The position numbers and the translations under genes are program-made. Positions 47,810 through 57,868 of a stretch of DNA of 64,000 bases are shown piece after piece. The stretch covers positions 9,266-73,265 of the forward strand of contig JBBDIG010000045.1 of assembly GCA_040880525.1 (NCBI GenBank), written 5' to 3'. The notes below the pieces were generated by a model that searched no databases, was not told where the DNA came from, and saw nothing but the letters and a program-made list of their open reading frames with translations. The DNA comes from Bacteroidia bacterium. Its GTDB lineage: Bacteria > Bacteroidota > Bacteroidia > CAILMK01 > JBBDIG01. The stretch's first letter is position 1, and each line of letters starts with the position of its first letter.

Positions 47810-48507
47810 TTTCTTTCTACGAAAAGTTGGGCTTCCATTTGGGAAATATACTTTTCAATATCTCCGGCTTCATTGGATTCGGGGTAATCATTTTTAATTC
47901 TTTCATACGCCTCAAGGGCTTTCTGATGTTCTCCCATTTGCACCCGCAGCAGGCCAAGTTTCTTGAGAAACATTGGGGCTGTATAACTATTCTCATCGGC
48001 TTCAACTGCTTCCTCGTAGCTGCTCACAGCTTTGTCATGATCGCCTAACTGAACATGCGCATCACCGATCAAACCATACTTGAAAGCGGATATTACCTTG
48101 CTGTCTGAGCTAAAATCTTCGAGGTAGTCCAGGGCAACCTCATACTGGCCCTGCCTCATGTAAATGATCCCTGCATAGTAGCTGGCAAGGTTTCCCGTTT
48201 TGGTATTGCTATATTTATCAGCAATGTCAACGAACCCCATATTCTGGCCATCACCGTTTAGCGCCAGGTTCAACGAATCTCTTGCAAAATAATCCTGCGC
48301 CATGAAGATATTACTTTGCGCCTCTTTCTGTGCAGGTTTTTGTATAAACTGCTGATAGCCTAAGAATCCCAGAATTCCAGCGAGGATCACAGCACCTGCA
48401 ATCATCAGCACCTGGGAATTTTCTTCTACAAACCTTTCAAACCCTGACCTTTCTTCTACCACATTCTGATGGGCTGCTTCAGGTTTTTCCTTAGTCGTTT
48501 TTGCCAT
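47806..48507 (-). CDS. Membrane-anchored TPR protein (YfgM-like)
   Basis: Single TM, ALNGDG...GF, GNLA.YYAG, TPRs. Conserved upstream partner of ribH in Bacteroidota. Confidence 0.88.
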   Translation of the reverse strand: MAKTTKEKPEAAHQNVVEERSGFERFVEENSQVLMIAGAVILAGILGFLGYQQFIQKPAQKEAQSNIFMAQDYFARDSLNLALNGDGQNMGFVDIADKYSNTKTGNLASYYAGIIYMRQGQYEVALDYLEDFSSDSKVISAFKYGLIGDAHVQLGDHDKAVSSYEEAVEADENSYTAPMFLKKLGLLRVQMGEHQKALEAYERIKNDYPESNEAGDIEKYISQMEAQLFVERK

Positions 48508-48587
48508 TCTGATATTTAGCTTCAATAATTATAAAGAGTGCAAAAGTAGAATTTTATGCAATGATTACTCCTGCTGATTTGTAGTGT

Positions 48588-49601
48588 CTAATCTTTAAGG
48601 AAAGGATAATCCTCCTGGGCATATACGTCTTCATAAATCTGATCTGCCGAAGGATATTCAGACTCTTCGGCAAATTTTACTGCCTCCGTAATCTCCTCCT
48701 TTATCTGGCTGTCAATCTTTTCCAGGTCCGCCTCCTTTGCATATTTCTTCTCGAGGATCGTTTGCCGTATCCGCTCAATCGGATCGCGTTCCTCATACTC
48801 CTTTACTTCGTCCTTTGTACGATACTTCGCAGGATCGCTCATTGAGTGGCCTTTATAGCGGTAAGTCACAAATTCAATTAAAGTGGGACCTTCTCCTTTT
48901 CTCGCTCTGTCAACCGCTTCTTTAACGGCACCATGCACTTCCTCGCAGCTCATTCCATCCTTTTGCACTGAAGGCATTTCATAAGCACTTCCCAGTTTAT
49001 ACAGGTCCGTGACGTTGCTCACACGCTGCACAGAAGTGCCCATTGCATATTTGTTATTTTCAATAATGAATACTACCGGCAGTTTCCAGAACATCGCCAT
49101 GTTCAGCGTTTCATGAAAACTTCCCTGGCGAACGGCACCATCGCCCATATAGCAGAGGCAAACATTCTTAGTGCCTCTATACTGCTCTGCGAAGGCAATG
49201 CCTGCTCCCAACGGGATCTGAGCGCCCACAATCCCATGCCCGCCAAAGAAATTGCCTTCCTTGCTGAACATGTGCATGGATCCGCCCTTTCCTTTAGTGC
49301 ATCCTGTTACTTTCCCAAAAAGCTCTGCCATTACTGAAGCCGGTGTGAGGCCGGCAGCCAGTGCATGGCCGTGATCCCGGTAGGCGGTGATCATGGGATC
49401 GTCCTTGGTTGAAGCCGTCATAGCTCCCGCTATCAAGGCCTCCTGCCCCATATATAAATGAAGGAATCCCCGTATTTTCTGCTGGCCGTAGAGTTGGCTG
49501 CATTTATATTCGAACTTGCGGATCAACTGCATCATTTCGTACCAATACAGGTATTCCTCCTTGCCGGGTTTTTTCTTTGCTTTGAATTCAGGACGCTCCA
49601 T
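48588..49601 (-). CDS. pdhA: Pyruvate dehydrogenase E1 alpha
   Basis: RGFLHLY.GQEA, YRDH, GKGGSMH, GDGA...ENN, TYRYKGHSMSDP. Confidence 0.98.
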   Translation of the reverse strand: MERPEFKAKKKPGKEEYLYWYEMMQLIRKFEYKCSQLYGQQKIRGFLHLYMGQEALIAGAMTASTKDDPMITAYRDHGHALAAGLTPASVMAELFGKVTGCTKGKGGSMHMFSKEGNFFGGHGIVGAQIPLGAGIAFAEQYRGTKNVCLCYMGDGAVRQGSFHETLNMAMFWKLPVVFIIENNKYAMGTSVQRVSNVTDLYKLGSAYEMPSVQKDGMSCEEVHGAVKEAVDRARKGEGPTLIEFVTYRYKGHSMSDPAKYRTKDEVKEYEERDPIERIRQTILEKKYAKEADLEKIDSQIKEEITEAVKFAEESEYPSADQIYEDVYAQEDYPFLKD

Positions 49602-49911
49602 AAGGCTGTTAAAATTTAGCGGCAAAATTAGGAAAAGCATCGGACTGTAAGGGTAAGTACAAAAGCCGGAAACATGATTCCGGTAATACTGATTTTAAGG
49701 AGAAATATGGCACGTACAGTAAAGAGGCTTTATGAACGCAGGAGAGAATTGAAAGATTTACAATTCTCCTGCAGGAATATATTTAACAATTTTAAGATTT
49801 GAATTATTATGAATTTCAATATTCTGAGTTGTTCAAAAAAAGTATTGTCATCCTCTTAAAAATTTAAACATTGCCGTTTTTTTAAATCATAACAATTAAC
49901 TCAAATTTTAT

Positions 49912-50298
49912 TTAACTAAAATATTCTATAAAGTATTTACTGCGGAACAGCAGGAGTAAAATCAAAGCGTAAGTAAAAAATTCCGCACCCATTGCCAGGT
50001 ATTTCATTTTGCTTGTCATAAAGCCAAATGTTTCAATTACGCAAACCACTGCCATCATGCTATAAGCAATTGCCATGATCGCGGGTGTTTTGTCCCAGTG
50101 GGTAAAATATCCGTAAAGAAAACTTACCGAAGCAAACAAAACGGAGCTCCAATGAATGATCAGGACCCATGCCGGGAATTCGGGATTTGTAAAGGGTCTC
50201 CATGGCACCTTGTGCAGGATCATTTCGAGGAACCCGCCTACTGACCACAGCAACAAAATGCCATGCACAATGATCAAAATATAACCAATATATGCCAC
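49912..50298 (-). CDS. Hypothetical 4-TM membrane protein
   Basis: Four hydrophobic segments; directly downstream of the ECF gene; GTG start. Confidence 0.7.
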   Translation of the reverse strand: MAYIGYILIIVHGILLLWSVGGFLEMILHKVPWRPFTNPEFPAWVLIIHWSSVLFASVSFLYGYFTHWDKTPAIMAIAYSMMAVVCVIETFGFMTSKMKYLAMGAEFFTYALILLLLFRSKYFIEYFS

Positions 50299-50346
50299 TT
50301 CTCTTATTATTTTATCCGTTCAAATTTTGATACCAATAATAATCAT

Positions 50347-51630
50347 TTAAGTCTGAATTCCTAATATTTTGTCCATCAGGAATCGCTTTTCTTTATTGGA
50401 AAGCGTTAGCTCCTTTGCTTTTCTGAATGCAATTATTGCTTTTTCTTCCTCGCCCAGCCTTGAGTAAATTTCTCCTACTGTCGCATAATACAAATAGTAT
50501 TTTTCTAATATCTTGTCAATTTTTAATTCATTTAAGCTTTCCAACGCGGTCTCAGGTCCTTTTGCTTCCATTAAAGCAATGCAGCGGTTAAGCGAAAGAA
50601 TGGGATCAGGATATTTAAAAAGCAATGCATCATAATAATATACGATGGATTCCCAATTAGTTGACCGGTAGTTGGGAGCTATGCAATGTTCGTAAGCAAT
50701 AGCTGCCTCCAGATGATAATTTGAGATGAAACTTCCAACCGCAGCCTTGTTCAGATAGTTGTTCCCTGCATTTATCAATTCTCTGTTCCAGCTTGACCGA
50801 TCTTGTTTTTCCAAAGGAATAAGGTCTCCCTCGGCCGAAACTCTTGCTGCGCTTCTTGAGCCATGCAAACACATTAATGCCATAAGTGCGTGGGCTTCGG
50901 GCAGGTGCGTTTTGTCATTTTCGATTAAGGATTTGCACAATAACATAGATTGCGCAATCAGGTCCTCCCTGATCAAGTTATCTGAATGCGTGGAGTTATA
51001 CCCCTCATTAAAAAGCATATAGATTGTTTCCAGAACAACGCTGGTCCGGGATGATAATTCATTTTTCGAAGGAATCCGGGGTTTTATCTTTGATTTTCTG
51101 AAGTATTCTTTGGTGCGGTACAACCGCTTGGATATCGTCTGTTCCTCCGTCAAAAATGCTCTCGCAATTTCCTTTGTACTAAATCCGCAAAGAGATTTGA
51201 GAATGAAGGTTTTTTGATTTTCCTCTGAAATAGCAGGATGGCAACAGGCGTACATCATCCCAAGAAAATCGTCTTTTATATTGCTCTCCTGCCAATGATT
51301 ATTCATCGCTTCAGAAAGCGTATATTCAGATGTCAATAATTTTCTTTCCGGATCGGCAAAATCAATAATTTGATTGTGCTTATCTCTTCTGATTATGTCA
51401 ATCGCTTTATTCTTTGCAGTTCTGTATAGCCATGCCTTTGGATTATCCGGAATGCCTCTGAATTTCCAGGTTTCCATAGCAGAAAGCAAAGCATCCTGCA
51501 CTACATCTTCGGCCAATCCAAAATTTTCAGATCCGAAAATTTTTACTAAAACAGAAACCATCTTTCCGGACTCATGTCTGAAAAGATGGTTTACTGTAAG
51601 TTCAATATCGGGTGAAATTTTCAAATTCAA
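50347..51630 (-). CDS. ECF sigma factor with C-terminal TPR extension (ECF42-type, DUF6596)
   Basis: AEDVVQDA, P.AWL...AKN.AID, CCHPAI, EIARAFL, Y.LFNEGY, L..QDRS.W, YHLEAAIA.EH. Confidence 0.93.
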   Translation of the reverse strand: MNLKISPDIELTVNHLFRHESGKMVSVLVKIFGSENFGLAEDVVQDALLSAMETWKFRGIPDNPKAWLYRTAKNKAIDIIRRDKHNQIIDFADPERKLLTSEYTLSEAMNNHWQESNIKDDFLGMMYACCHPAISEENQKTFILKSLCGFSTKEIARAFLTEEQTISKRLYRTKEYFRKSKIKPRIPSKNELSSRTSVVLETIYMLFNEGYNSTHSDNLIREDLIAQSMLLCKSLIENDKTHLPEAHALMALMCLHGSRSAARVSAEGDLIPLEKQDRSSWNRELINAGNNYLNKAAVGSFISNYHLEAAIAYEHCIAPNYRSTNWESIVYYYDALLFKYPDPILSLNRCIALMEAKGPETALESLNELKIDKILEKYYLYYATVGEIYSRLGEEEKAIIAFRKAKELTLSNKEKRFLMDKILGIQT

Positions 51631-51971
51631 TCCATTGGTCTTATTTCCCGAATTTCAAGTGTGCAATTATGCTCAAGACCTGGACAACCTTTGGCCAATT
51701 CGGTGGCTTCGTTCAGCGATTCAGCCTTCAGGATAATGTAGCCGGCAACCAATTCTTTGCCTTCTGCAAGCGGACGGTCAATTACCCGCTTCCCGGCCTC
51801 AACTAATGATTTGCCTTCATTCATGAGGGGTTGGCCGGCCACGAATTTTCCATTTTCAGCCAGTCCCCCCATCCATTTTTGCCATTCTTGCATATGTCTT
51901 TGCATTTCCTCCGGAGATTTAAGCGAAGATACATCCTCACCACCTCGAATAATTATCAGATATTCATTCAT
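51627..51971 (-). CDS. YciI/DGPF-family protein
   Basis: W..WM..L, G.PL, D.P.AE.KELVAGY, A.GCP, EIREI. Confidence 0.92.
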   Translation of the reverse strand: MNEYLIIIRGGEDVSSLKSPEEMQRHMQEWQKWMGGLAENGKFVAGQPLMNEGKSLVEAGKRVIDRPLAEGKELVAGYIILKAESLNEATELAKGCPGLEHNCTLEIREIRPMD

Positions 51972-51973
51972 GA

Positions 51974-52384
51974 TTATGCGTCTTTAGTTTCCATTGCACC
52001 AATTTGAGACATGATGCTCAACGGGTTCATTTCAAAATATTCGTTTGCTACTTTTCCATCCACGATTTCAAAAAGATCCATCCATGAAAAAGTAAGATCA
52101 TTGCCGGTAGCAGGAACTCCGTTGAATTCCCCAACATGTTTTCCTGACCAGTGTCCTCTGGCTACAACATGGTTTCCGTCTTCAATTAACTGGTCAATGT
52201 GATGTTTTCCCTCAAAGGCTGAAGTCATCATTTGCATCATGCCAATGTGTTCTTCCACTTCAATGGGCTGAGGACTCATTGGATTGTGAAATTTGTGGTT
52301 AGGTGCCATAAGCTTCTTTACACCCTCAAAGTTCCTGGAGTCAATACCGTTGAACCATGCCTTCGCAATTGCTTTTGCTGTCAT
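51974..52384 (-). CDS. SnoaL-like ester cyclase (NTF2 fold)
   Basis: G.H.GEFNGVPATG, F..VDGKV. Confidence 0.9.
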   Translation of the reverse strand: MTAKAIAKAWFNGIDSRNFEGVKKLMAPNHKFHNPMSPQPIEVEEHIGMMQMMTSAFEGKHHIDQLIEDGNHVVARGHWSGKHVGEFNGVPATGNDLTFSWMDLFEIVDGKVANEYFEMNPLSIMSQIGAMETKDA

Positions 52385-52430
52385 TTTTTTACTTTTTTAA
52401 TGATTAAATAAATTGTTTCAACACAGGTAA

Positions 52431-52457
52431 GACGAACTCCCCTTTCAAATTTAGACA
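52431..52457 (-). promoter_or_regulatory. Putative ECF42-type autoregulatory promoter
   Basis: Minus strand TGTCTA-N17-CGTC, about 45 bp upstream of the SnoaL start. Resembles the TGTCGA/CG(A/T)C ECF42 consensus. Confidence 0.6.
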
Positions 52458-52726
52458 TTCCCATCAAAATATTTTTTCCCATTTTTCTTAAGGTCCATTG
52501 TAATTTAAAGATAGCCAGGAATTGTGAAGCACGAGGGGAAAACACAGGTTACCCGATCATACTAATGCCGGGTAACTCAGCCCGAAAAATGAATGAATAA
52601 TTTAACCTGTTGCAGCTCCCGGAAAAATACGCCTCTGCAAACGCAATTCGATACCCGGGGTGGTTTCCTAATTTATTCCTTCTTTCCTTATGACGGCTCA
52701 TCAGGAAATGCAGGTACATATCTTTT

Positions 52727-52879
52727 TTAAAGATCCAGTAAGAACAGGATATCGGACTGATGTGTATGCCAACCCGTTTCAGTATCCACCTTATTTCTGA
52801 AAATGTTTGTTATCGCCAGTTCGCCATTATCGGCATCATAGCAGCGGTAATATTTGATTATATTATTGATGGTGCTCAT
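52727..52879 (-). pseudogene. Short 5' gene remnant (50 codons), possibly of a large AAA/SF1 helicase
   Basis: MSTINNIIKYYRCYDADNGELAITNIFRNKV begins 37 bp after the ATPase stop. Family resemblance is from memory only. Confidence 0.3.
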
Positions 52880-52916
52880 TCTGGACAAAGAAGGAAAAAT
52901 TCCCTGAAACCAGATT

Positions 52917-54074
52917 CTATTTCGAAACCAGGTCCACTACTTTCATCCACGGCACTAAATCCCCATGCCCAGTCCTCATCTGCTGCTCACCAGCGTAAAC
53001 CACCTTCGAAGTTTCAGCCGACTCACTGGTTAACTCCTGCCAATACTTTAGCCCTTTCAGGTAATTGAGCGATGGATTTTTTCCCGATTTTATTTCCACT
53101 GCAGTTATTGTTGCGCCCTGATCTATCAATAGGTCCACTTCATGGCCATGACTGTCGCGCCAGAAATAGAGGTGCGGCATTTCCCCTGCATTCAGCAATG
53201 ACTTGCGGATTTCCGTTATGACCAGGCTCTCGAAAATTTGTACGCGGGCAAAGTGATTGAGTAACTCCTCAGGCTTATTGATGAGCAACAGGCGACAGGC
53301 AAGGCCGGTATCATAGAAATAAAGTTTTGGAGATTTGGTTATCCGCTTGTTAAAATTCTTGTGATACGGCTGCAAGAGGTAGATAACATAGCTTGCCTCC
53401 AGCACAGAGAGCCAGTGTTTGATCGTATTCACGCTGGTACCGGTTTCGGTAGCCAGGGCGTTCATGTTGAGCAATTGCCCAATCCTTCCGGCACAAAGAC
53501 CAAGGAACCTGCGGAAGGTAGCAAGGTCGCCAATATTGCGGATGCTGCGTACATCCCGCTCCACATAGGTATTCAGATAGCCGTTGTAGAAAGCCTTAGG
53601 GTCAATATTTTGATCGTAGATTCTGGGATAGCTACCTTTCCAAAGATAGGTTTCCAGAGCAGGGAGCTTGCCCACATACGCCAGTTCATCCATCGAAAAG
53701 GGCAGAAGCTGGAGTATACCTGTTCTGCCCGCCAGCGATTGCGTAATTTTTTCCAGCATCAGGAAATTCTGCGACCCCGTTAGCAGAAATTTCCGCTGGG
53801 GATTTTCATCCACAATGAGTTGGATGTGCGAAAAAAGTTCGGGAACATGCTGCGCTTCATCAATAATGGCTTTTTCGCCCAATTGCGCCAGAAAAAGGGC
53901 GGGTTCATTTGTCGCCAGGTTTCTTTGGTCAGGATCTTCAAGGTTCACATAGCTCCAGCCCACAAGTGTTTTCTCCAGTGTTGATTTTCCCGATTGGCGT
54001 GGACCGGTGAGAAAAATAACAGGGAACTGGGAAACGTAATCATTAAGAACCGGATGGAGAAGCCGTGCTATCAT
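52917..54074 (-). CDS. AAA_14 ATPase with DUF4143
   Basis: GPRQSGKST, IIDEAQ, LTGS, LAGR, TYVERD, K.PKLYFYDTGL, FWRD...EVD...EIK (PD-(D/E)xK-like). Confidence 0.92.
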   Translation of the reverse strand: MIARLLHPVLNDYVSQFPVIFLTGPRQSGKSTLEKTLVGWSYVNLEDPDQRNLATNEPALFLAQLGEKAIIDEAQHVPELFSHIQLIVDENPQRKFLLTGSQNFLMLEKITQSLAGRTGILQLLPFSMDELAYVGKLPALETYLWKGSYPRIYDQNIDPKAFYNGYLNTYVERDVRSIRNIGDLATFRRFLGLCAGRIGQLLNMNALATETGTSVNTIKHWLSVLEASYVIYLLQPYHKNFNKRITKSPKLYFYDTGLACRLLLINKPEELLNHFARVQIFESLVITEIRKSLLNAGEMPHLYFWRDSHGHEVDLLIDQGATITAVEIKSGKNPSLNYLKGLKYWQELTSESAETSKVVYAGEQQMRTGHGDLVPWMKVVDLVSK

Positions 54075-54597
54075 AATGCAAATTTACACACTTATCCGGA
54101 AATTTTTCAATTCAAATGCAAATTTGCACAGGATTCCCTATCATAGCTGATCCAGGCGTTCAGTACTTCCTCCAATTTATCTTCTAAAGATGAAGCATCG
54201 CTGAAGTGATTGCTTATAAAAGCCATTGCCTTCCAAAGCTGAAGGTGCTGATCCAGGGAAATTGAAGCTGCCTGGAAATATTGATTGGCTGGTCTTAGGC
54301 TTATATTCTTTTTGTTAAGGCCAAGGCGGCCAATGTGTAGCGCATCTTTGGTTTGCGCCATATAGATTTTTTCTCGTGCAGTTCGTTCAGCGAATACGCG
54401 CTGAGCCGCACCAAATTTTGACGGTAACTTTGTCAAATACTTTGAGCTGACGAGCGAACTGGAACAGGAAAACTGGATGCCTCGAGGAAGAATAAAAAGG
54501 AGCACAGGCCGATCCTTTGCTCTGGCAGAGTTTGAGTGGCCGAGCGAGGGATTAACGAGAACTGATTACTGAAAATTTGATTCAGATTAAAAAAACG

Positions 54598-55035
54598 ATG
54601 CTAAACCAAAAAGACATACGTTGGATTCAGCGCTTCAGCAAATACAAGAAGGCGCTTAGTCAACTTGAGAAGTTCATTGACAAAGGCACCCTGAACGAAC
54701 TGGAGCAACAAGGGCTGATCCAGGCATTTGAGTACACATTCGAGCTTGCCTGGAATACCATCAAAGATTTCTATGAATACCAGGGTGAGGAAGGCATCCA
54801 GGGAAGTCGGGATGCTTTTCGAATGGCTTTTAGGCGAGAGTTGATTGCAAACGGAGATGCCTGGATGGAAATGATCAAGAGCCGCCAGCTTACCGTACAC
54901 AGTTACAATGAAGAAACGGCCAATGAAATTGCTGAGCAGGTGCAGGATTCATACATTCACGAGTTCATGAAATTGAGATCAAGCTTTGAGGAAATCATTA
55001 AGAAACAAATCAGGAAGGAGAATAAGGAACAATGA
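54598..55035 (+). CDS. HEPN protein, HI0074 family (HepT-like toxin)
   Basis: RWIQRF, GLIQAFEYTFELAW, SRQLTVHSY (RX4H.Y). Confidence 0.92.
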   Translation: MLNQKDIRWIQRFSKYKKALSQLEKFIDKGTLNELEQQGLIQAFEYTFELAWNTIKDFYEYQGEEGIQGSRDAFRMAFRRELIANGDAWMEMIKSRQLTVHSYNEETANEIAEQVQDSYIHEFMKLRSSFEEIIKKQIRKENKEQ

Positions 55036-55340
55036 AATTTGGGTTGCCAGAGAAAGCATTGAAGCGGATAATCGAGGTATTCAAAAAGCATCCACAGGTG
55101 GACCAAGTGCTGCTGTACGGTTCACGTGCCAAGGGCAACTTTAAGCCTTCATCCGACATTGACCTAACCGTAATTGCCCCTGAACTGAAGTGGAAGGACA
55201 TCAACCGGATTTCGCTGGAGTTGGATGATCTCCTCCTGCCTTACTCCATTGATATTTCACTTTACCACCATATCAGCGACCCTGATGTGCTGGACCATAT
55301 TAAGCGCGTGGGGAAGAATTTTTACCAGAAAAATGGATAA
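55032..55340 (+). CDS. Minimal nucleotidyltransferase (MntA-like antitoxin)
   Basis: YGSRAKGNFKPSSDIDL (GSX10DXD), LDDLLLPY.ID; ATGA overlap with the HEPN gene. Confidence 0.92.
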   Translation: MKFGLPEKALKRIIEVFKKHPQVDQVLLYGSRAKGNFKPSSDIDLTVIAPELKWKDINRISLELDDLLLPYSIDISLYHHISDPDVLDHIKRVGKNFYQKNG

Positions 55341-55472
55341 GAAAAGGAACGGTAATTAAACATGGCAAATGTGCGATGTTTCAAAAATCATTTTTGCATA
55401 AAATAAATGTGGAGAAACCCGTTTCACTCAAGAAAAGGACAAAAGAGCCTGTAAATTCAAATCAGACTTCAC

Positions 55473-56174
55473 CTATTCCTCAATCTCCCCATTCACAATC
55501 ATCTTGTATCCCACGCCATGCACGTTCAGCAGTTCCAGTGAGGGGTCATCCTTTATCAATTTCCGGATGCGGGTGAGATATACATCCATGCTCTTGGAGG
55601 TGAAGAAGTCATCGTCACCCCAAACGCGTTTCAGGATCTGTTGCCGCGAGATCAGGCGGTTTTTGTTCTCCTGGAATACCTGTAGCAATTCCGCCTCCTT
55701 GGCGCTTAGCTTTTTTTCTTTGCTGCCATTTTTCAGGCTACGCATATTATAATTGAAAATCAAATTTCCCATGCGGCTGTCCCAATGATACGAATTTTCT
55801 GAAACTCCTGTCCTGCTCAGCACGGCTTTAATGCGGCAAAGGAGTTCATGGAAGCTGAAAGGTTTTGTCATGTAATCATCCGCGCCAAGATCGAATCCTT
55901 TTAATTTATCATCAATCATATTTTTGGCTGTGAGAAAAATGACGGGGATATGGTGGTCTTGCTTTCTTATTTGCTTTGCCAGCGTAAATCCATCCATTTT
56001 TGGCATCATCACATCCAGGATGCAAAGCTGGAAAAGTTCCGCCCGGAATGAACGCAAACCGCTTTCTCCATCCCTGCAGATGGTAGCTTCATAACCGGCC
56101 GTCATCAGGTTCTCATTAAGGAGAAACGTCAGATTTTCATCATCATCAACCAGAAGTATTTTAGTTTTAGTCAT
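55473..56174 (-). CDS. OmpR-family response regulator (RprY-like)
   Basis: LLVDDD, LDVMMP.MDGF, FLTAK, GADDYMTKPF, S.SMDVY.TR.RK, HGVGY. Confidence 0.95.
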   Translation of the reverse strand: MTKTKILLVDDDENLTFLLNENLMTAGYEATICRDGESGLRSFRAELFQLCILDVMMPKMDGFTLAKQIRKQDHHIPVIFLTAKNMIDDKLKGFDLGADDYMTKPFSFHELLCRIKAVLSRTGVSENSYHWDSRMGNLIFNYNMRSLKNGSKEKKLSAKEAELLQVFQENKNRLISRQQILKRVWGDDDFFTSKSMDVYLTRIRKLIKDDPSLELLNVHGVGYKMIVNGEIEE

Positions 56175-57751
56175 AAATTCAATCTATGCAGGTTTATCCG
56201 GGAGCTTCGCTTTACTTCTTTCGTTTCAATGGGCAGGCGCACAGAGAATACGGATCCTCCTCCTTTCCTGCTATTTAGCTGAACATCACCCCGATGACTT
56301 TCAATTATATTCTTTACATAACTCAATCCCAGGCCAAAACCTTTTACATCATGTTTATTGCCAGTGGAAACCCGGTAGAAGCTATCAAATATTGGTTTCT
56401 GGTGTTCCTGATTTATTCCAATACCATTATCAGAAAATTCAATTTTAATAAGATCATTTTCTTCAATAACAGAAATATTTACTTCAGGGGTTTTATCATT
56501 ATATTTTATAGCATTGTCAATCAGATTATAAAAAACATTTGAAATATGCACCGCATCGCAATTCACCATTACAACTGGCTTATAGCTTTTTACGGTAATA
56601 TTGCCATGCCTTTCACGGATCATGAGGTCAAATAAAGGTACCACCTGCCGAACAATATTATTCAGGTTACAGGGCTTCATGTTCAGCTTTACTTCAGTGC
56701 GCTCCATCATGGAAATCTCCATAATTTTTTCCACGTTTTCATCCATGCGTATATTTTCACTATTAATAATGGATAAGTATTGTCGCAATCCATTATTCCC
56801 ATTAACCAAAGACGAATTTTCTATAGTTTCAAGCGCAAGTGAAATATTGCAAATCGGGGTTTTAAATTCGTGAGTCATATTATTAATAAAGTCATTCTTT
56901 ATTACTGCAAGTTTCTTTTGCCTCAGCAAAGTACGGACGATGAGCAACACTACGGCACCCAGCAGAACCAGCACCAGAAATGAGCCCACCATTACGAACC
57001 CCATGCGCCCCAGCAGAATTTTGTTTTGGGCGGGGATCCATAGCTGCAGCTCCTGCGGGGAAAAAAACCGGCTACCCTGGTAAAATGATGATGTGAAAGG
57101 CATGGCACCGGCAAGGAGTACTTCATCCTCAAAATTCCTGAATAGAATGGAATCGTTTTGTTTGTCCTTTAATTGAAACCGGAAATCTGAAGAAATGCCC
57201 TGGTTGGATAAATTGATGGTTAAAACGGAATCAATGTAATCCAGGAAATATTTCTCGCCATTGGCATAGGTGAGGGTGACATTGCCTCGGAAAAATTGCT
57301 CCTGTTGCTTCTTCGTCATTCCCTTCAATGAATTATGCGGGTTGTCAAATTGCGTTATATGGGAATAACTGCGTGGAAAGTAATGGTATTTCACAAGGAT
57401 CTCAGCAGTGGCGGTCAGGGGAGAAGAAAAGGAATTGGTTGAAAAAAGGCTATCGCCTGTATAGGCTGCGGCAAACTGGCGGATGGTATCCATAGAAACC
57501 CCATCCGCATTTCGTTTAAGGATGAGGATATTCTCTCGCTGTTTCAGATTTATTTTATTAAAACTTTCAAGGCATGTGTAGTTGTCCTCAATTTGCGAAG
57601 TGGTGTTCTGAAGCGCCACCAATGCATCACGCCTGAAGTTTTCCTCCTGTAGTGTATATGCGTTGAAAATCCAGTAGAGCTGCGCAGAAACCACAGCGCC
57701 TACCGCGACAACCATAAGGATAAACAGAAACTGAAGTGGTTGCTTTCGCAT
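56171..57751 (-). CDS. Membrane sensor histidine kinase (RprX-like)
   Basis: 2 TM, FINNMTHEFKTPI, NLIDNAIKY, DNGIGI, FYRV, KGFGLGLSYV. Confidence 0.95.
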   Translation of the reverse strand: MRKQPLQFLFILMVVAVGAVVSAQLYWIFNAYTLQEENFRRDALVALQNTTSQIEDNYTCLESFNKINLKQRENILILKRNADGVSMDTIRQFAAAYTGDSLFSTNSFSSPLTATAEILVKYHYFPRSYSHITQFDNPHNSLKGMTKKQQEQFFRGNVTLTYANGEKYFLDYIDSVLTINLSNQGISSDFRFQLKDKQNDSILFRNFEDEVLLAGAMPFTSSFYQGSRFFSPQELQLWIPAQNKILLGRMGFVMVGSFLVLVLLGAVVLLIVRTLLRQKKLAVIKNDFINNMTHEFKTPICNISLALETIENSSLVNGNNGLRQYLSIINSENIRMDENVEKIMEISMMERTEVKLNMKPCNLNNIVRQVVPLFDLMIRERHGNITVKSYKPVVMVNCDAVHISNVFYNLIDNAIKYNDKTPEVNISVIEENDLIKIEFSDNGIGINQEHQKPIFDSFYRVSTGNKHDVKGFGLGLSYVKNIIESHRGDVQLNSRKGGGSVFSVRLPIETKEVKRSSRINLHRLNL

Positions 57752-57800
57752 ACCTCAAATATAGTTTCCAAACCGGCAATATGACTGACCAGCCCCGGAT

Positions 57801-57868
57801 TTTTAAGTATTTTTAAGTATTTTTTAATAGCTGTTAACCCGCAGTGCCTGCAGGTCCGGATAAATTTG
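57801..57868 (+). promoter_or_regulatory. Four helically phased TTAA boxes plus TAAATTTG -7 element
   Basis: TTAA at 57803, 57813, 57824 and 57834; TAAATTTG at 57861-57868. Confidence 0.55.

Noticed and set aside
52548-52576. Inverted repeat GTTACCCG...CGGGTAAC
   Set aside because: Isolated hairpin with no T-tract, no second copy and no associated element.
54107-54505. 132-aa minus-strand ORF as a real gene; plus-strand LTSELEQ/KLDA as an hsdM tail
   Set aside because: No credible start or family motif, and the hsdM resemblance is too short. Treated only as possible remnants.
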